DNA of 39,133 nt from a virus (taxonomy: Duplodnaviria > Caudoviricetes), in the IMG/VR virus record IMGVR_UViG_3300044738_000031, positions 1 through 39,133 of that record; one strand, written 5' to 3'. The position numbers were made by a program, and so were the translations under genes. This document shows, piece after piece, positions 7,560 through 16,911 of this stretch. The notes below the pieces were generated by a model, which made no database searches, was not told where the DNA came from, and saw only the letters and a list, made by a program, of their open reading frames with translations. Within the stretch, counting starts at the first letter, position 1. Each line of letters starts with the position of its first letter.

Positions 7560-8156
7560 CTAGGTGAGGGTCCGGGGCCTGACGCGGATCTGGCGCCAGG
7601 CGTAGAACGTGGCGATGGAGCTTCCGTTTGGCGCCCGGAACCCGACGCCGATCACGGCGCCGGCCGCCAGGGCGATGCCGGCTTGCGCCGAGGACCAGCT
7701 GCCGACCACCGACTGGGCGCCGACGGCCAGGACGGGCTCGCGGGCCTGGCCCACCGCCACGGCGCCGACCATCGCGCACATCCCCGTGAACAGGACGGCG
7801 GTGTGGGCGTGGCGGTGGCGCGCCTCGATCCAGACGTCGTAGGTGCCGGCGCGCGGCACGGTGACCGTCGGGCCCTGCGGGCTGGCCGGGTAGGTGTTCA
7901 CGCTCGTGGTGATCTCGGCGTCGGTGTAGCCCGTCAGGTCCGAGCCGCCGACGAAGACCCAGGCGGAACCGCTCCACTGGACCTCCCAGACGCCCGTCGC
8001 GTGGGGCACCATGACGCGCGTGCCGACCGCCGGGTTGGTCGGGAGCGTCGTCGTCGGCGCCAGGCCGCGCCGGCGCTCCAGGGCCTCCAGCCGGCGGTCG
8101 TGGCCGCGCAGCGCGGCCGGCGCCGTGTCCTGCGGGCGGCGGACGAGGACCGGCAT
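7560..8156 (-). CDS. Minor tail protein
   Basis: N-terminal RRLEALERR coil, beta-rich C-terminus, TGATG overlap with upstream tail gene. Confidence 0.7.
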   Translation of the reverse strand: MPVLVRRPQDTAPAALRGHDRRLEALERRRGLAPTTTLPTNPAVGTRVMVPHATGVWEVQWSGSAWVFVGGSDLTGYTDAEITTSVNTYPASPQGPTVTVPRAGTYDVWIEARHRHAHTAVLFTGMCAMVGAVAVGQAREPVLAVGAQSVVGSWSSAQAGIALAAGAVIGVGFRAPNGSSIATFYAWRQIRVRPRTLT

Positions 8157-10285
8157 CAGGAGGTCGCCGGCAGGTCGAGCACCAGCGATGTCGTCCGCTC
8201 GGTGCCCTCGGCGTCGAGCCCCACCGTCACCTCGCGCACCATGCAGGTGCCGCTGATGGTCCGCCGGGCGCCGCGGATCAGGACCGGCACGCTGTCTCCC
8301 AGGTCGAAGTGATCGAACATGCGCGGCAGCGCGGCGCGCGCCTCGGGGTCCTGGGGCCAGGCCGGCGAGACGGTGATGGCGTCGACCGGGAACACGTGCC
8401 AGACGCCCCGGGCGAGCGCGTCCAGGCGCGCCGTGGTGTCCACGTCGGGGTAGCTGACCAGCGTGGGCCACAGGCCGTAGGTTGCGCCCGAGCTCTCGGA
8501 GTCGTTCTTCCAGCTGATCCCGCCGGCGCCGATCGCGATCACGGAGTTCACCGGGGGCACCCGGTCCACCGAGTAGCCCAGGACGTTGTTCACGGTGCCG
8601 GGCCCGTACTCGAGCGAGGGCCGCTGCGCGCCGGCCGCCAGCGGCGAGAGGTCCGAGGCGGCCACGGCGATCTTCATCGTCGCGAGGATGCCGCCCGTGA
8701 CGAAGGCCTCGCCGCGGACCGTCCAGTAGAACCCCTGCGAGCCGACGTCGCCCTCCTGCAGCGAGCGGAAGGCCTCGGTCATGGGCTGGTTGCGCGTGAA
8801 GGCCCACGTGCTCGACGGCCAGCCGGCGCCGACGGCCAGGACGCCCATCCCGTGGCCGTAGGTGGCGTCCAGGCCTGCCGGGTCCTCGGCGCTGATGTTG
8901 GCGTCGCCCACCAGGCCGGCCACGGCCACCGCGAGCGTGTTCGGGCCCCAGCTGCTGTCCCACGGCTGATAGCGCGCCAGGAAGGCGGCCGAGGGGTCGC
9001 GCGCCGTGACCTCGACCGTCTCCAGCCCGTCGGGGTCGCCGTCCTCTCGCAGCGCGTGAACGTGGCCGACGAACCGCACCGCCCGTACGCCGGTGAGGCT
9101 GTCGCCGCTGCGCCGCCAGACCCGGATCACGCTGCTGTAGACCTCCAGCGCGCCGGCGCCGCCGTCCGAGGCGAGCAGGGTGAGCGTCGCCTCCGAGGTC
9201 CCGTTGAGCCGCAGGGTCAGGCGCGCCGACAGCGGCTGCAGGGTGGCGAGCGTGACGCCCGCGCGGTCGGTCACCTCGAAGGCGTACTGCTGGACGTCGA
9301 CCAGGCCGACGGCCGGGATGGGCGGCGCGGCCTCGGTGGTGAAGGTCCAGACCGAGGGCGCCGCCAGGTGGTTCCCGGCCACGTCCGTCACGCCGGTCCC
9401 GAGCGTCGCGGTGTAGGTGGTCGAGTAGGCGAGCGAGCTCGTCGGGTTCAGCCGCACCAGCGTGTCGCCGGACTCCAGCGTCACGGCCCCGCCGGCAGCG
9501 GGCGAGAGGGACAGGCTGGAGCCGTCGACGCTGCCCGGGGCCAGCGCCTCGCTGAGGGTCGCCGTGACGTCGGCCGTGACCAGGACGCCGGTGGCGCCGG
9601 GGGCCGGCGTGCGGGCCGTGACGGTCGGCGGCGTGGTGTCGGCCGGGGGCGGCGGCTGGAGCGCCACGATCGCCTGCGCGTAGCTGGCCGAGACCGTGAA
9701 CGTGGGCGCCGCCGTGACCGCGGCGGCGAGCGCCTGGGCGCCCCGCATCCCGTGCAGGAAGGACGTGGCCGAGACGGCCGTGTCGATCGACTCGGTGAAG
9801 GTGACGCCGGTGCCGCCGGGCGTGCCCGTGATGGTGCCCGAGGCCGGCTTGGCCCCCGCGAAGGACGCCACGTAGGACCCGTCGCGCGTCGGCGTGATCC
9901 CGATCGTGGGAGTGGCGCTCGTCTCGCGGTCGAAGGCCGAGAGCACCGCGGCCATGTCCACGGTGCCCTGCGCCACGAACCAGCCGAGCAGGCAGCCGCC
10001 CCGGGACGTGCTGATGGGGAAGGTGAAGTTGGCCGCCTCGAGGGACCAGTCGGCCGAGGTCCCGAGGTAGACGTGCAGCGAGCTCTCGGCGCTGGTCGGC
10101 GCGACGAGCTCGCCCAGCAGCGTAAACGGGGCGGTCGGCGCCGAGGCCGTGGCGATCCCGGTGTGGTTCAGCGCCACCAGGATGGTGTCGCCGGCCGCCA
10201 GCGCGCCGAAGGTCGTCTTGGCGAGGGCGGGTGCGGCGGTGCTGCCGTCGTTCTCCGAACCGGCGTTCTTGGGGGTGACCGCCAC
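8156..10285 (-). CDS. Tail tip/baseplate hub (Tal-like) protein with N-terminal beta domain and Ig-like domain
   Basis: Follows Dit; DTTPPTVTARTPAPGATGV...LAYSTTYTATL...WTFTT is a Big_5/SbsA-type Ig pattern; C-terminal hub-like region. Confidence 0.75.
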   Translation of the reverse strand: MAVTPKNAGSENDGSTAAPALAKTTFGALAAGDTILVALNHTGIATASAPTAPFTLLGELVAPTSAESSLHVYLGTSADWSLEAANFTFPISTSRGGCLLGWFVAQGTVDMAAVLSAFDRETSATPTIGITPTRDGSYVASFAGAKPASGTITGTPGGTGVTFTESIDTAVSATSFLHGMRGAQALAAAVTAAPTFTVSASYAQAIVALQPPPPADTTPPTVTARTPAPGATGVLVTADVTATLSEALAPGSVDGSSLSLSPAAGGAVTLESGDTLVRLNPTSSLAYSTTYTATLGTGVTDVAGNHLAAPSVWTFTTEAAPPIPAVGLVDVQQYAFEVTDRAGVTLATLQPLSARLTLRLNGTSEATLTLLASDGGAGALEVYSSVIRVWRRSGDSLTGVRAVRFVGHVHALREDGDPDGLETVEVTARDPSAAFLARYQPWDSSWGPNTLAVAVAGLVGDANISAEDPAGLDATYGHGMGVLAVGAGWPSSTWAFTRNQPMTEAFRSLQEGDVGSQGFYWTVRGEAFVTGGILATMKIAVAASDLSPLAAGAQRPSLEYGPGTVNNVLGYSVDRVPPVNSVIAIGAGGISWKNDSESSGATYGLWPTLVSYPDVDTTARLDALARGVWHVFPVDAITVSPAWPQDPEARAALPRMFDHFDLGDSVPVLIRGARRTISGTCMVREVTVGLDAEGTERTTSLVLDLPATS

Positions 10286-10295
10286 GATCTAGCTT

Positions 10296-11099
10296 CTAGA
10301 TCCTCGCCGGCCGCCAGCGGGCGCGCACGACCGTGGAGGCCTGCAGCGCGGTCCCGGCGACCGTGATCGTGTTGGCCCCGAGCCCGAGCGCCCACCAGTT
10401 GGTCGAGGCCGGCACCACGTTCTCGGGGTGGTAGGCCAGGTGATGGAAGACCGTCCGGGCGTTCATGTCGACCGTCATCACGGCCGCCGCGGCCAGCGCC
10501 TGCACGTTGGTGAGGACCACGTCCTCGGCGGTCGTCGTGTTGGTGATCGTGAGCGTGCCCAGGTTGGTCGGCCCGACGACCTCGATGATCGGCGGCGTCT
10601 TGACCGTCCCGCCGGCCACGGTGGCCGTGAAGGCGCCGGCGCCGGTGCGCTGCGCCGAGACCTCGGGGTCCTCGTAGAGCCGCGGGTCGGGCGCGACGAA
10701 CTCGACGCCCCAGCGGATCACGGTCCCGCCCGGGGAGACGTCCACGATGCCGACGTCCCCGGCCACCCGCACGGTCATGCGCTCGTCGGCCGAGCGGCCG
10801 TGGCGGCGGATCACGGCCACGTGCGAGCTCTCGGGCGTGAGCCGCGCCTTCAGGGCGTCGAAGGCGGCCACCGCGGCGGCGGCGTCGGTCGAGGCCCCCG
10901 GCACCTGGCCGCACCAGCCCCGCAGCGGCATCACGCGCGGGCCGTAGAGGCTGGTCGAGTCGACGGCGCCGTGCCGGCGCGGGAGCGGGCTGCGCACCTG
11001 GCGCACGTCCGGCGCCCCGAGCCCGCCCCAGTCCTCCAGGAAGGTGCTGTTGGCGCGGTGGATCGAGTAGCCGTCGATGGTGGCCGTGTCGACGCTCAC
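10296..11099 (-). CDS. Distal tail protein (Dit)
   Basis: Directly after tape measure; FVAPDPRLY and LGLGANTI motifs. Confidence 0.8.
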   Translation of the reverse strand: MSVDTATIDGYSIHRANSTFLEDWGGLGAPDVRQVRSPLPRRHGAVDSTSLYGPRVMPLRGWCGQVPGASTDAAAAVAAFDALKARLTPESSHVAVIRRHGRSADERMTVRVAGDVGIVDVSPGGTVIRWGVEFVAPDPRLYEDPEVSAQRTGAGAFTATVAGGTVKTPPIIEVVGPTNLGTLTITNTTTAEDVVLTNVQALAAAAVMTVDMNARTVFHHLAYHPENVVPASTNWWALGLGANTITVAGTALQASTVVRARWRPARI

Positions 11100-14008
11100 T
11101 TGACCCCCTGGGTCGCGAGGTAGCGGGACAGCCGGGCCGCGACCAGCTGCGCGTCGTCCTGGTCGCGGACGACCAGGCGCTCGACGTTCACCAGCGGCCC
11201 GCTCGGGCCCGGCGCCGGCCCGGGCATGGCGGCGAGCGCCTGGCCGGCCAGCGCCCAAGAGCGCGGCGAGCCGTCGAGCGGGATCACGGCCTCGGGCACG
11301 CCGGCCTCGGCCAGCCAGCCCAGCGTGGGCGAGGTGAGGATGCCGCCCGAGGCGAGGGGCTTTCGCTGCATCCACGTCGCCAGCGCAGCTGCGGCCTTGT
11401 CGATGGCCTTCTGCTCGTCGGCCGTGACCTTCACGTCGCCCGGCGAGCCCTCGGTCTTGGCCGCGTTGCGCAGGCCGCCGAGCGTGTTCGCGAGCTCGCG
11501 CCGGTGCGCCTCCCACTCGCCCGCCTGGACCGCGCCCGGCGAGACCACCGTGGGCCGCAGCGGATCGGCCTTCGACTTGGGCCCGCCGGCGACCTCGTCC
11601 ACCTGCTGGCGCAGCGCCACGAGCGTGTCGCCGTAGGCCTCGCTGAACGCCGTGCCGAGCTCCTTGCCGGCCGCGGCCATGTCGGGCTTGGCGGCGAGCA
11701 GGATCGCGTTCAGCCGGCGCAGGAAGGCCTTCTGCTTGATCTCCCCGCGGGCGAACTGGTCGGCCAGGTCGGTGAGCCCCTGCTCCATCGTCGCCTTGCG
11801 GTCGGCGGCCGCGGTCTCGACGCCCGTGCGCTCGGCCGTGACGCGGCGCTCCTCGGCGGCGATGGCCTGGTCGGCCTCCCAGTTGGCCAGCGCCACGTGC
11901 GCGTCGGTGAGCGCCTTCTGGCGGGTGACGCGGTCCTCGTCGCGCTTGGTCGCCGCGTCGGCGCGCTCCTGGGCCGTGGTGGCCTTGGCGAGCGCGGCCC
12001 GGTACTCGGCGTCGACGGCGTTCAGGCCGGTCGCCGCGTCGGTGATGGCGCCCGTGAGGCCCACCTGCTCCTGCGCGCGCTGGCCCTCTGTCCGGGCCGC
12101 CACCATCGCGCGCAGGTTGGCGGTGGCCGCGCCGGTGTCCGGGTCATAGGGCGCCAACGCCTTGGCGGTTGCCACGTCCATCGCCTGCCCGAGCGCGCCG
12201 GCCAGGCTGGCCGCGAGCGCGGGCACGTTGCGCCGGGCGTCGGCGACCGCGGCGCGCACCGCCTCGGTGATGGCGAGCGCCAGGTGGGGGGCGCGCTCGT
12301 TGACGCCGTAGACGACGCCGGCGACGTAGTCCTTGCCCAGGTCCTCGCCGTCCTTGCTCGGGCTCTTGGCCCTGACCGCCTTCTTCGCGGCCTGGTGGCC
12401 CGAGGCCACGACCCCGCCGAAGGCCGCGTCCACCGCGCCGCGGTTCGCGTTCACGCCCGAGACCACGCCGGTGATCCACGCGGCGCCGACCTGGCTGCCG
12501 GCCGCGGCGGCGCCCTCCTTCTTGTTGGCCATCGCCGTGACCAGGTGGTCGGCCTGGCTCCCCCAGCGACGCACCACCTGGTCCCCGATGGTGTCGGCCT
12601 TCTTGCCGAAGGCGTCCACGACCGCCGATGTGCCGGCGACCGCCTCCTGCTGGACCTTGGCCGCCCTCACGTAGTCGGCGGCGGCGCCCTTAGCCGTGCC
12701 GGCCGTGCGGCGCGCCGAGGCCTGGATCTTCTGGTTCGCGGTCGCCACGTCCTTCGCGGTGGTGTCCGAGCCGCCGGCCAGGTCCTCGAAGAACTTCTTG
12801 ATGTCGCGGCCGACGCCGAGCACATTGCCGAGCGCGGTCGCGATCCCGCCGATGGTCTGGCTCAGGACCTCGAAGGCGGCGTTCACCGGCTTCACCGCGC
12901 TGGTCACCACGTTCCGGAAGGTCTCCGACTTCTTGTAGGCCAGGACCAGTCCGGTCGCCACGAGCGCGAGCGCCGTGATCACGATCCCGATGGTGTTCGC
13001 CTTCATGGCGGTGTTGAGCCCGGTCTGGGCCACCGCGGCGCCCTCGGTCGCGGCGGCCTGCGCGACGGTGCGGGTCACGAAGATCGAGCTCAGAGCGGCC
13101 GAGGCGGTCTGGTAGGCGGCGTACGCGCGCAGCGCCCCGTTGACGGCGATCACCGCCACCGCGAGGCCGCCGACCACGCCCACCAGGACCAACGTGGTCG
13201 TGCGGTTGCGGTCGACCACGCCGGCCACGTCGCGCAGCACCCCGACGACCGCCATGCCGGCCGGGAGCAGCACCCCGCCGAGCGAGGCGGCCAGGTCGGC
13301 GACCTCGGCCCGGAGGATGCGCTGCTGGTTCGCCAGGCCCCCCGAGGTTCGGGCGAAGTCGCCGTTGGCCGCGCCGGCGTCGCGGATGGCCAGGCTGTAG
13401 CGCGCCTGGATCTTCTGCGACTCGGTCAGCGTGGCGCCGGTCTCGGCGATGCCGGTGCGGTAGGCCTCCTGCTGGACCCGCACCTCCGAGAGGACGATGC
13501 CGAACCGCTTCAGCGGCTCGGACTCGCCCGAGAGGCCGGCGCGCAGCCGGTCGAGCATCTCGGTGGGGTCCTCGTTGTGCAGGCTCGCCAGGTCGGCCGC
13601 CAGCGTGGTCATGCGGCTGCTCATCTTGGCCGCCGCGTCCTGGCTGAGACCCATCGGAACGAGCATCGCCCCGATGCCCGCGGCCGCGTCGAGCGCCGCC
13701 GCGCGGCTCAGACCGAGGGAGTCGGCCACCGAGCTCGCGTAGCCGGGCATCGTCCGGGCGGCCTTGCCGAACACCTGCTGGCTCTTGTTGATCGACTCGC
13801 CGAGGTCCGACGCCGACTGGGTGGCCTTGTAGGCCGCCGCGCCGATCGCCAGGAGGGCGACGCCGGCGAACTTGGCGGCCTTGTCGGAGCCCTTGCGGAT
13901 GTCCTTCCACGCCTGGTCGGTGTCGCGCTTGGCGCCGGCCAGGTCGCTGCGCAGATGCTTGCGGTCGGCTCGGAGATCGAGGACCGCCTCGCCCAGGCGC
14001 TCGGCCAT
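11096..14008 (-). CDS. Tape measure protein
   Basis: 970 aa, Ala-rich helical, GLSGESEPLKRFGI and AYKKSETFRNVV motifs, hydrophobic segments. Confidence 0.95.
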   Translation of the reverse strand: MAERLGEAVLDLRADRKHLRSDLAGAKRDTDQAWKDIRKGSDKAAKFAGVALLAIGAAAYKATQSASDLGESINKSQQVFGKAARTMPGYASSVADSLGLSRAAALDAAAGIGAMLVPMGLSQDAAAKMSSRMTTLAADLASLHNEDPTEMLDRLRAGLSGESEPLKRFGIVLSEVRVQQEAYRTGIAETGATLTESQKIQARYSLAIRDAGAANGDFARTSGGLANQQRILRAEVADLAASLGGVLLPAGMAVVGVLRDVAGVVDRNRTTTLVLVGVVGGLAVAVIAVNGALRAYAAYQTASAALSSIFVTRTVAQAAATEGAAVAQTGLNTAMKANTIGIVITALALVATGLVLAYKKSETFRNVVTSAVKPVNAAFEVLSQTIGGIATALGNVLGVGRDIKKFFEDLAGGSDTTAKDVATANQKIQASARRTAGTAKGAAADYVRAAKVQQEAVAGTSAVVDAFGKKADTIGDQVVRRWGSQADHLVTAMANKKEGAAAAGSQVGAAWITGVVSGVNANRGAVDAAFGGVVASGHQAAKKAVRAKSPSKDGEDLGKDYVAGVVYGVNERAPHLALAITEAVRAAVADARRNVPALAASLAGALGQAMDVATAKALAPYDPDTGAATANLRAMVAARTEGQRAQEQVGLTGAITDAATGLNAVDAEYRAALAKATTAQERADAATKRDEDRVTRQKALTDAHVALANWEADQAIAAEERRVTAERTGVETAAADRKATMEQGLTDLADQFARGEIKQKAFLRRLNAILLAAKPDMAAAGKELGTAFSEAYGDTLVALRQQVDEVAGGPKSKADPLRPTVVSPGAVQAGEWEAHRRELANTLGGLRNAAKTEGSPGDVKVTADEQKAIDKAAAALATWMQRKPLASGGILTSPTLGWLAEAGVPEAVIPLDGSPRSWALAGQALAAMPGPAPGPSGPLVNVERLVVRDQDDAQLVAARLSRYLATQGVK

Positions 14009-14012
14009 CGGG

Positions 14013-14390
14013 CTAGCTCCTCACCAGGCCGACGCCGATGGCCGCCAGCTCGTCGGGCGTGCGCAGCCGGCGGGCGCGAGCCGCCCGCGCCGCGCCCGCC
14101 GCGCGGCGAAGGGCACCGATGATCTCGCGGTGGGCCTCAGGCTTCAGCCGGCCCGTGCCGGCGGCCGTCGTGGCGATGGCGGCCAGCTGCTCGGCCGCCT
14201 CGAGCCGGGGGAGCTCGAGCGCGTAGGCCTCGAACAGGGCCGGGTGCATGGTCAGCCAGCCCGCCGGGTCGCCGCCGTAGAACCGCTGGAGGCGCGGGAC
14301 CGTCTCGCCCCACGTGGCTCGCGCCCGTCCAGCATCTCCCTCACCCCGGCCACCGCCTGCAGGGCCCCTGCCGGGGTCGCTCCGAAAAAC
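14013..14390 (-). CDS. Tail assembly chaperone T segment, reached by -1 frameshift
   Basis: -1 frame is open from the slippery site through PRLQRFYGGDPAGWLTMHP to stop at 14013. Confidence 0.75.
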   Translation of the reverse strand, partial: VFRSDPGRGPAGGGRGEGDAGRARATWGETVPRLQRFYGGDPAGWLTMHPALFEAYALELPRLEAAEQLAAIATTAAGTGRLKPEAHREIIGALRRAAGAARAARARRLRTPDELAAIGVGLVRS

Positions 14391-14746
14391 AGCGCGAGCA
14401 CGCCGGCGCGCTCGGGGGCTGAGAGTTCGGCCAGCTGCTCCTCGGTGATCCCGGGCACGACCAGGCGCAGGAGCTCGGCCTCGGCCTCGACGACCGTCTC
14501 GGCCAGCTCCTCGAGGGTCCCTGGCCCGGAATCGTCGGGCATGAGGTCGAGCGCCGCGGCCTTCTGCTCGGCCTCGGCGCGCAGGCGCGCCACGCGCACC
14601 CGGTCGAGCGGGCCGAGCGCGGACTGGCGGCGCATGACCAGCCTGCCGACGCTGGTCAGCACCGGGCGGGTCGGACGGGCGAGCTCGCGCAGGTCGAGCG
14701 TCTCGCCGTCGTCAGGTGGTGTCAGGTCCCTCGTGTCCTCGGCCAT
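14252..14746 (-). CDS. Tail assembly chaperone G
   Basis: Position between major tail and tape measure; acidic, helical. Confidence 0.8.
   Translation of the reverse strand: MAEDTRDLTPPDDGETLDLRELARPTRPVLTSVGRLVMRRQSALGPLDRVRVARLRAEAEQKAAALDLMPDDSGPGTLEELAETVVEAEAELLRLVVPGITEEQLAELSAPERAGVLALFFGATPAGALQAVAGVREMLDGREPRGARRSRASSGSTAATRRAG
14384..14390 (-). other. Programmed -1 frameshift site G TTT TTC
   Basis: T5 run in a GC-rich gene, correctly phased, joins G frame to T frame. Confidence 0.7.
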
Positions 14747-14933
14747 GCCGCTCCTCTCGGGCTTCGCCGGTGGTCATCAGCCGTACGCCCCGCTCCGCGA
14801 GCTCGCGCCGGTACTCGGCAGCCCTCGCGGCCTGCGCCCGCGCCTGCCGGCGGTGATGGGCGGCGAGGCGGTGGTGGCGCCGTGACGCCTCCTGTGCCTC
14901 GTTGGCCAGCGCCAGCAGGCGGGGCTCGCCCAC
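14712..14933 (-). CDS. Small basic helical protein
   Basis: Start overlaps major tail stop; fills the gap before chaperone G. Confidence 0.5.
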   Translation of the reverse strand: MGEPRLLALANEAQEASRRHHRLAAHHRRQARAQAARAAEYRRELAERGVRLMTTGEAREERHGRGHEGPDTT

Positions 14934-15535
14934 TACGGGCCCGTCGCGGCCAGGTGCTGGGCGATCAGCCTGCCGAACCGCTCCTGCTCGGTGGCGGCGG
15001 CCAGGTCCTCGAGCGCCCGGAACTCACAGGCCAGGACAGCGGGCTGCCCCTTCGTGAACTGCGGCGCCGCGCTCGCGCTCTCGTAGACACGCGGGACCTC
15101 GAACTGGGCGGGGAAGGCCTCGTTGTACGGGGACGGTCCGCGCACGAGCATCGCGAACTCCTTGACCGTGAAGCCGCGGCTGAGGCCGATCTTCTTGGTG
15201 CCGATGGTGCTGACGCCGGGGGCGACCGTCGTAACCGTGGCCCCGTTGAGGACCATCGCGTAGGTCTCCAGGGTCAGGTCCATCAGGCTGAAGGCGATGG
15301 TCAGCTCCTCCTCGGAGCGGAGCGCCTTGATCGGCCCGGTCGAGCCCGCGGCCCGGACGTCGTTCACGGTCTGGCCGTGGGTGATCGTCACCCCGTCCTC
15401 GTCCTGAGAGCGGGTGCCATTGATTCCGAGCAGCGTCCAGGCGACGCCCGGCGCGACCCCGAGCACGGGGAAGGCCGTGCCGCTCGGGGCCACGTAGACG
15501 CTGAAGGGGGATCCGATGATCTCGTAGGGCTGCAT
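14933..15535 (-). CDS. Major tail protein
   Basis: 200 aa beta-rich; VYVAPSGTAFP...WTLLG...DEDGVTI pattern; synteny. Confidence 0.85.
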   Translation of the reverse strand: MQPYEIIGSPFSVYVAPSGTAFPVLGVAPGVAWTLLGINGTRSQDEDGVTITHGQTVNDVRAAGSTGPIKALRSEEELTIAFSLMDLTLETYAMVLNGATVTTVAPGVSTIGTKKIGLSRGFTVKEFAMLVRGPSPYNEAFPAQFEVPRVYESASAAPQFTKGQPAVLACEFRALEDLAAATEQERFGRLIAQHLAATGP

Positions 15536-15538
15536 GAG

Positions 15539-15748
15539 CTAGGCCTCCTCGGGCGCGGTGGGGTCCGGCGCGTTGGGATCCGGAGCGGGCTCGGGCGGCT
15601 CCGGGTCATCCCCGACGAACACGTCCGGGTTGGAGCGCAGGGCGGTCACCTTGCCCTGGGGCACCTCGATCGGCACGCCCCGGGTCATGGGGACGCCCTC
15701 GATCTCGACGTAGATGCCGGGGCCGGTGTAGGTCGCGTACCTGGTCAT
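15539..15748 (-). CDS. Small virion-associated protein
   Basis: GAGGAGG RBS, ATG 15748; Pro/Asp-rich tail. Confidence 0.6.
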   Translation of the reverse strand: MTRYATYTGPGIYVEIEGVPMTRGVPIEVPQGKVTALRSNPDVFVGDDPEPPEPAPDPNAPDPTAPEEA

Positions 15749-15815
15749 GCCAAGGCCTCCTCTGCTGATGGGAGCGATCGAGCGCGCCGGCGTCTGGTCC
15801 GCTCGGTGTGGTGGG

Positions 15816-16232
15816 TCATGCGGCCGGCACCTCGGCGGCGAGCACCTGGTAGCTGGCCAGGCAGACGGGCCAGTCGGTGACGGGGTCGCGAGCGAGCACA
15901 CCCTTGGAAGAGGGCTGCGCCCAGTGCAGCAGCACGCCGGCCGAGACCACGCGGCTCAGGTGCTTGAGGGCCTGGTAGACGGCCAGGTTGACCTCCCACG
16001 CCTGGCGCGCCACCGCGCCGTAGCACTCGACGTCGACGCGCACGTCGCCGACGTCCTGATAGGCGCGCCCGAGAAGGCCGCCGCCGGCCGGGCGCAGCAC
16101 GACGGCGGCGCGCGGCATGGCCGCCACCTGCTCGCGCGGCAGCTCCCCCCCGTAGGTCCGGCCGTCGACGAGCGCGACGAGCGTGCCGTCGAGGTTCAGC
16201 CAGGCGACCAGAGCGGCGATCGGGTCGACCAT
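15816..16232 (-). CDS. Tail terminator protein
   Basis: LVALVDGRTYGGELP...VDVECYG pattern; synteny. Confidence 0.75.
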   Translation of the reverse strand: MVDPIAALVAWLNLDGTLVALVDGRTYGGELPREQVAAMPRAAVVLRPAGGGLLGRAYQDVGDVRVDVECYGAVARQAWEVNLAVYQALKHLSRVVSAGVLLHWAQPSSKGVLARDPVTDWPVCLASYQVLAAEVPAA

Positions 16233-16558
16233 CAGAGCCTCGCCCGGATCCTGGCCGCCAGCCTCGGGAAGTTCCGGTCGGCGGCCGGGCGCAGGAAGGG
16301 CGTGCGGTGCTCGAGGATGAGCCCGTAGAAGCCCGGCCCCCTGGTGGAGCCGAAGCGTCCGACGACCACGTCGCCGTGGTGCTCGGCCGGCTCGCTGATG
16401 ATCTCGTCCTCGAGCTGGCCGCTGCGGGAGCGCCACCAGTGACTCGCCGCGGCGTCGCGGGCGGCCTCCTCGGTGATCTCGTCGATCGCCTCGGCGCTCG
16501 CCCGGGTCACGCGGGCGAGGATCTGCTCGCCGCGCCAGTTGGTGACGCCGGAGGCCAT
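16232..16558 (-). CDS. HK97 gp10-like neck protein
   Basis: RSGQLEDEI...YGLILE...PFLRPAAD. Confidence 0.8.
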   Translation of the reverse strand: MASGVTNWRGEQILARVTRASAEAIDEITEEAARDAAASHWWRSRSGQLEDEIISEPAEHHGDVVVGRFGSTRGPGFYGLILEHRTPFLRPAADRNFPRLAARIRARL

Positions 16559-16911
16559 CAGCGCACCCGCTCCACGACGAGCTCGAGGTGGTCGCGCCGG
16601 CGCAGGACGGCCTCGATACCCATCGGGCCGTCGAGGACCACGTCGCCGCGCTCGGTGACCTGCGCGACGCGGTCCCGCTCGGTGACGTCGGTATCGACCG
16701 GGACCATGATGCGCCGGTCGATGAGCGTCGCGGTTCGCTCGCGATCGACCGGCTCGCGGCCAGCCTCGACCCAGGCGCGGCACGGTACGTCTTCCACGTG
16801 AGGTTGCCAGTCGGGCGGGCCTGGCTGGCCCCAGCCGTCGTCGACCGCCGCCTGATCGCGCTCGATCGTGCACCGCTGTGTGAGGCCGACCCTGGAGGAG
16901 ACGACGCTCAT
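16558..16911 (-). CDS. Head-tail joining (stopper) protein
   Basis: DDGWGQP...VPCRAW...DVTERDRV pattern; synteny. Confidence 0.75.
   Translation of the reverse strand: MSVVSSRVGLTQRCTIERDQAAVDDGWGQPGPPDWQPHVEDVPCRAWVEAGREPVDRERTATLIDRRIMVPVDTDVTERDRVAQVTERGDVVLDGPMGIEAVLRRRDHLELVVERVR

Noticed and set aside
7560-10285. Diversity-generating retroelement target
   Set aside because: No reverse transcriptase and no template/variable repeat pair noticed.
8309-14122. Long plus-strand ORFs (8309-10366, 11504-14122) and similar ones elsewhere
   Set aside because: Antisense shadows of tail genes, expected at high GC; Arg/Gly-rich with no motifs.
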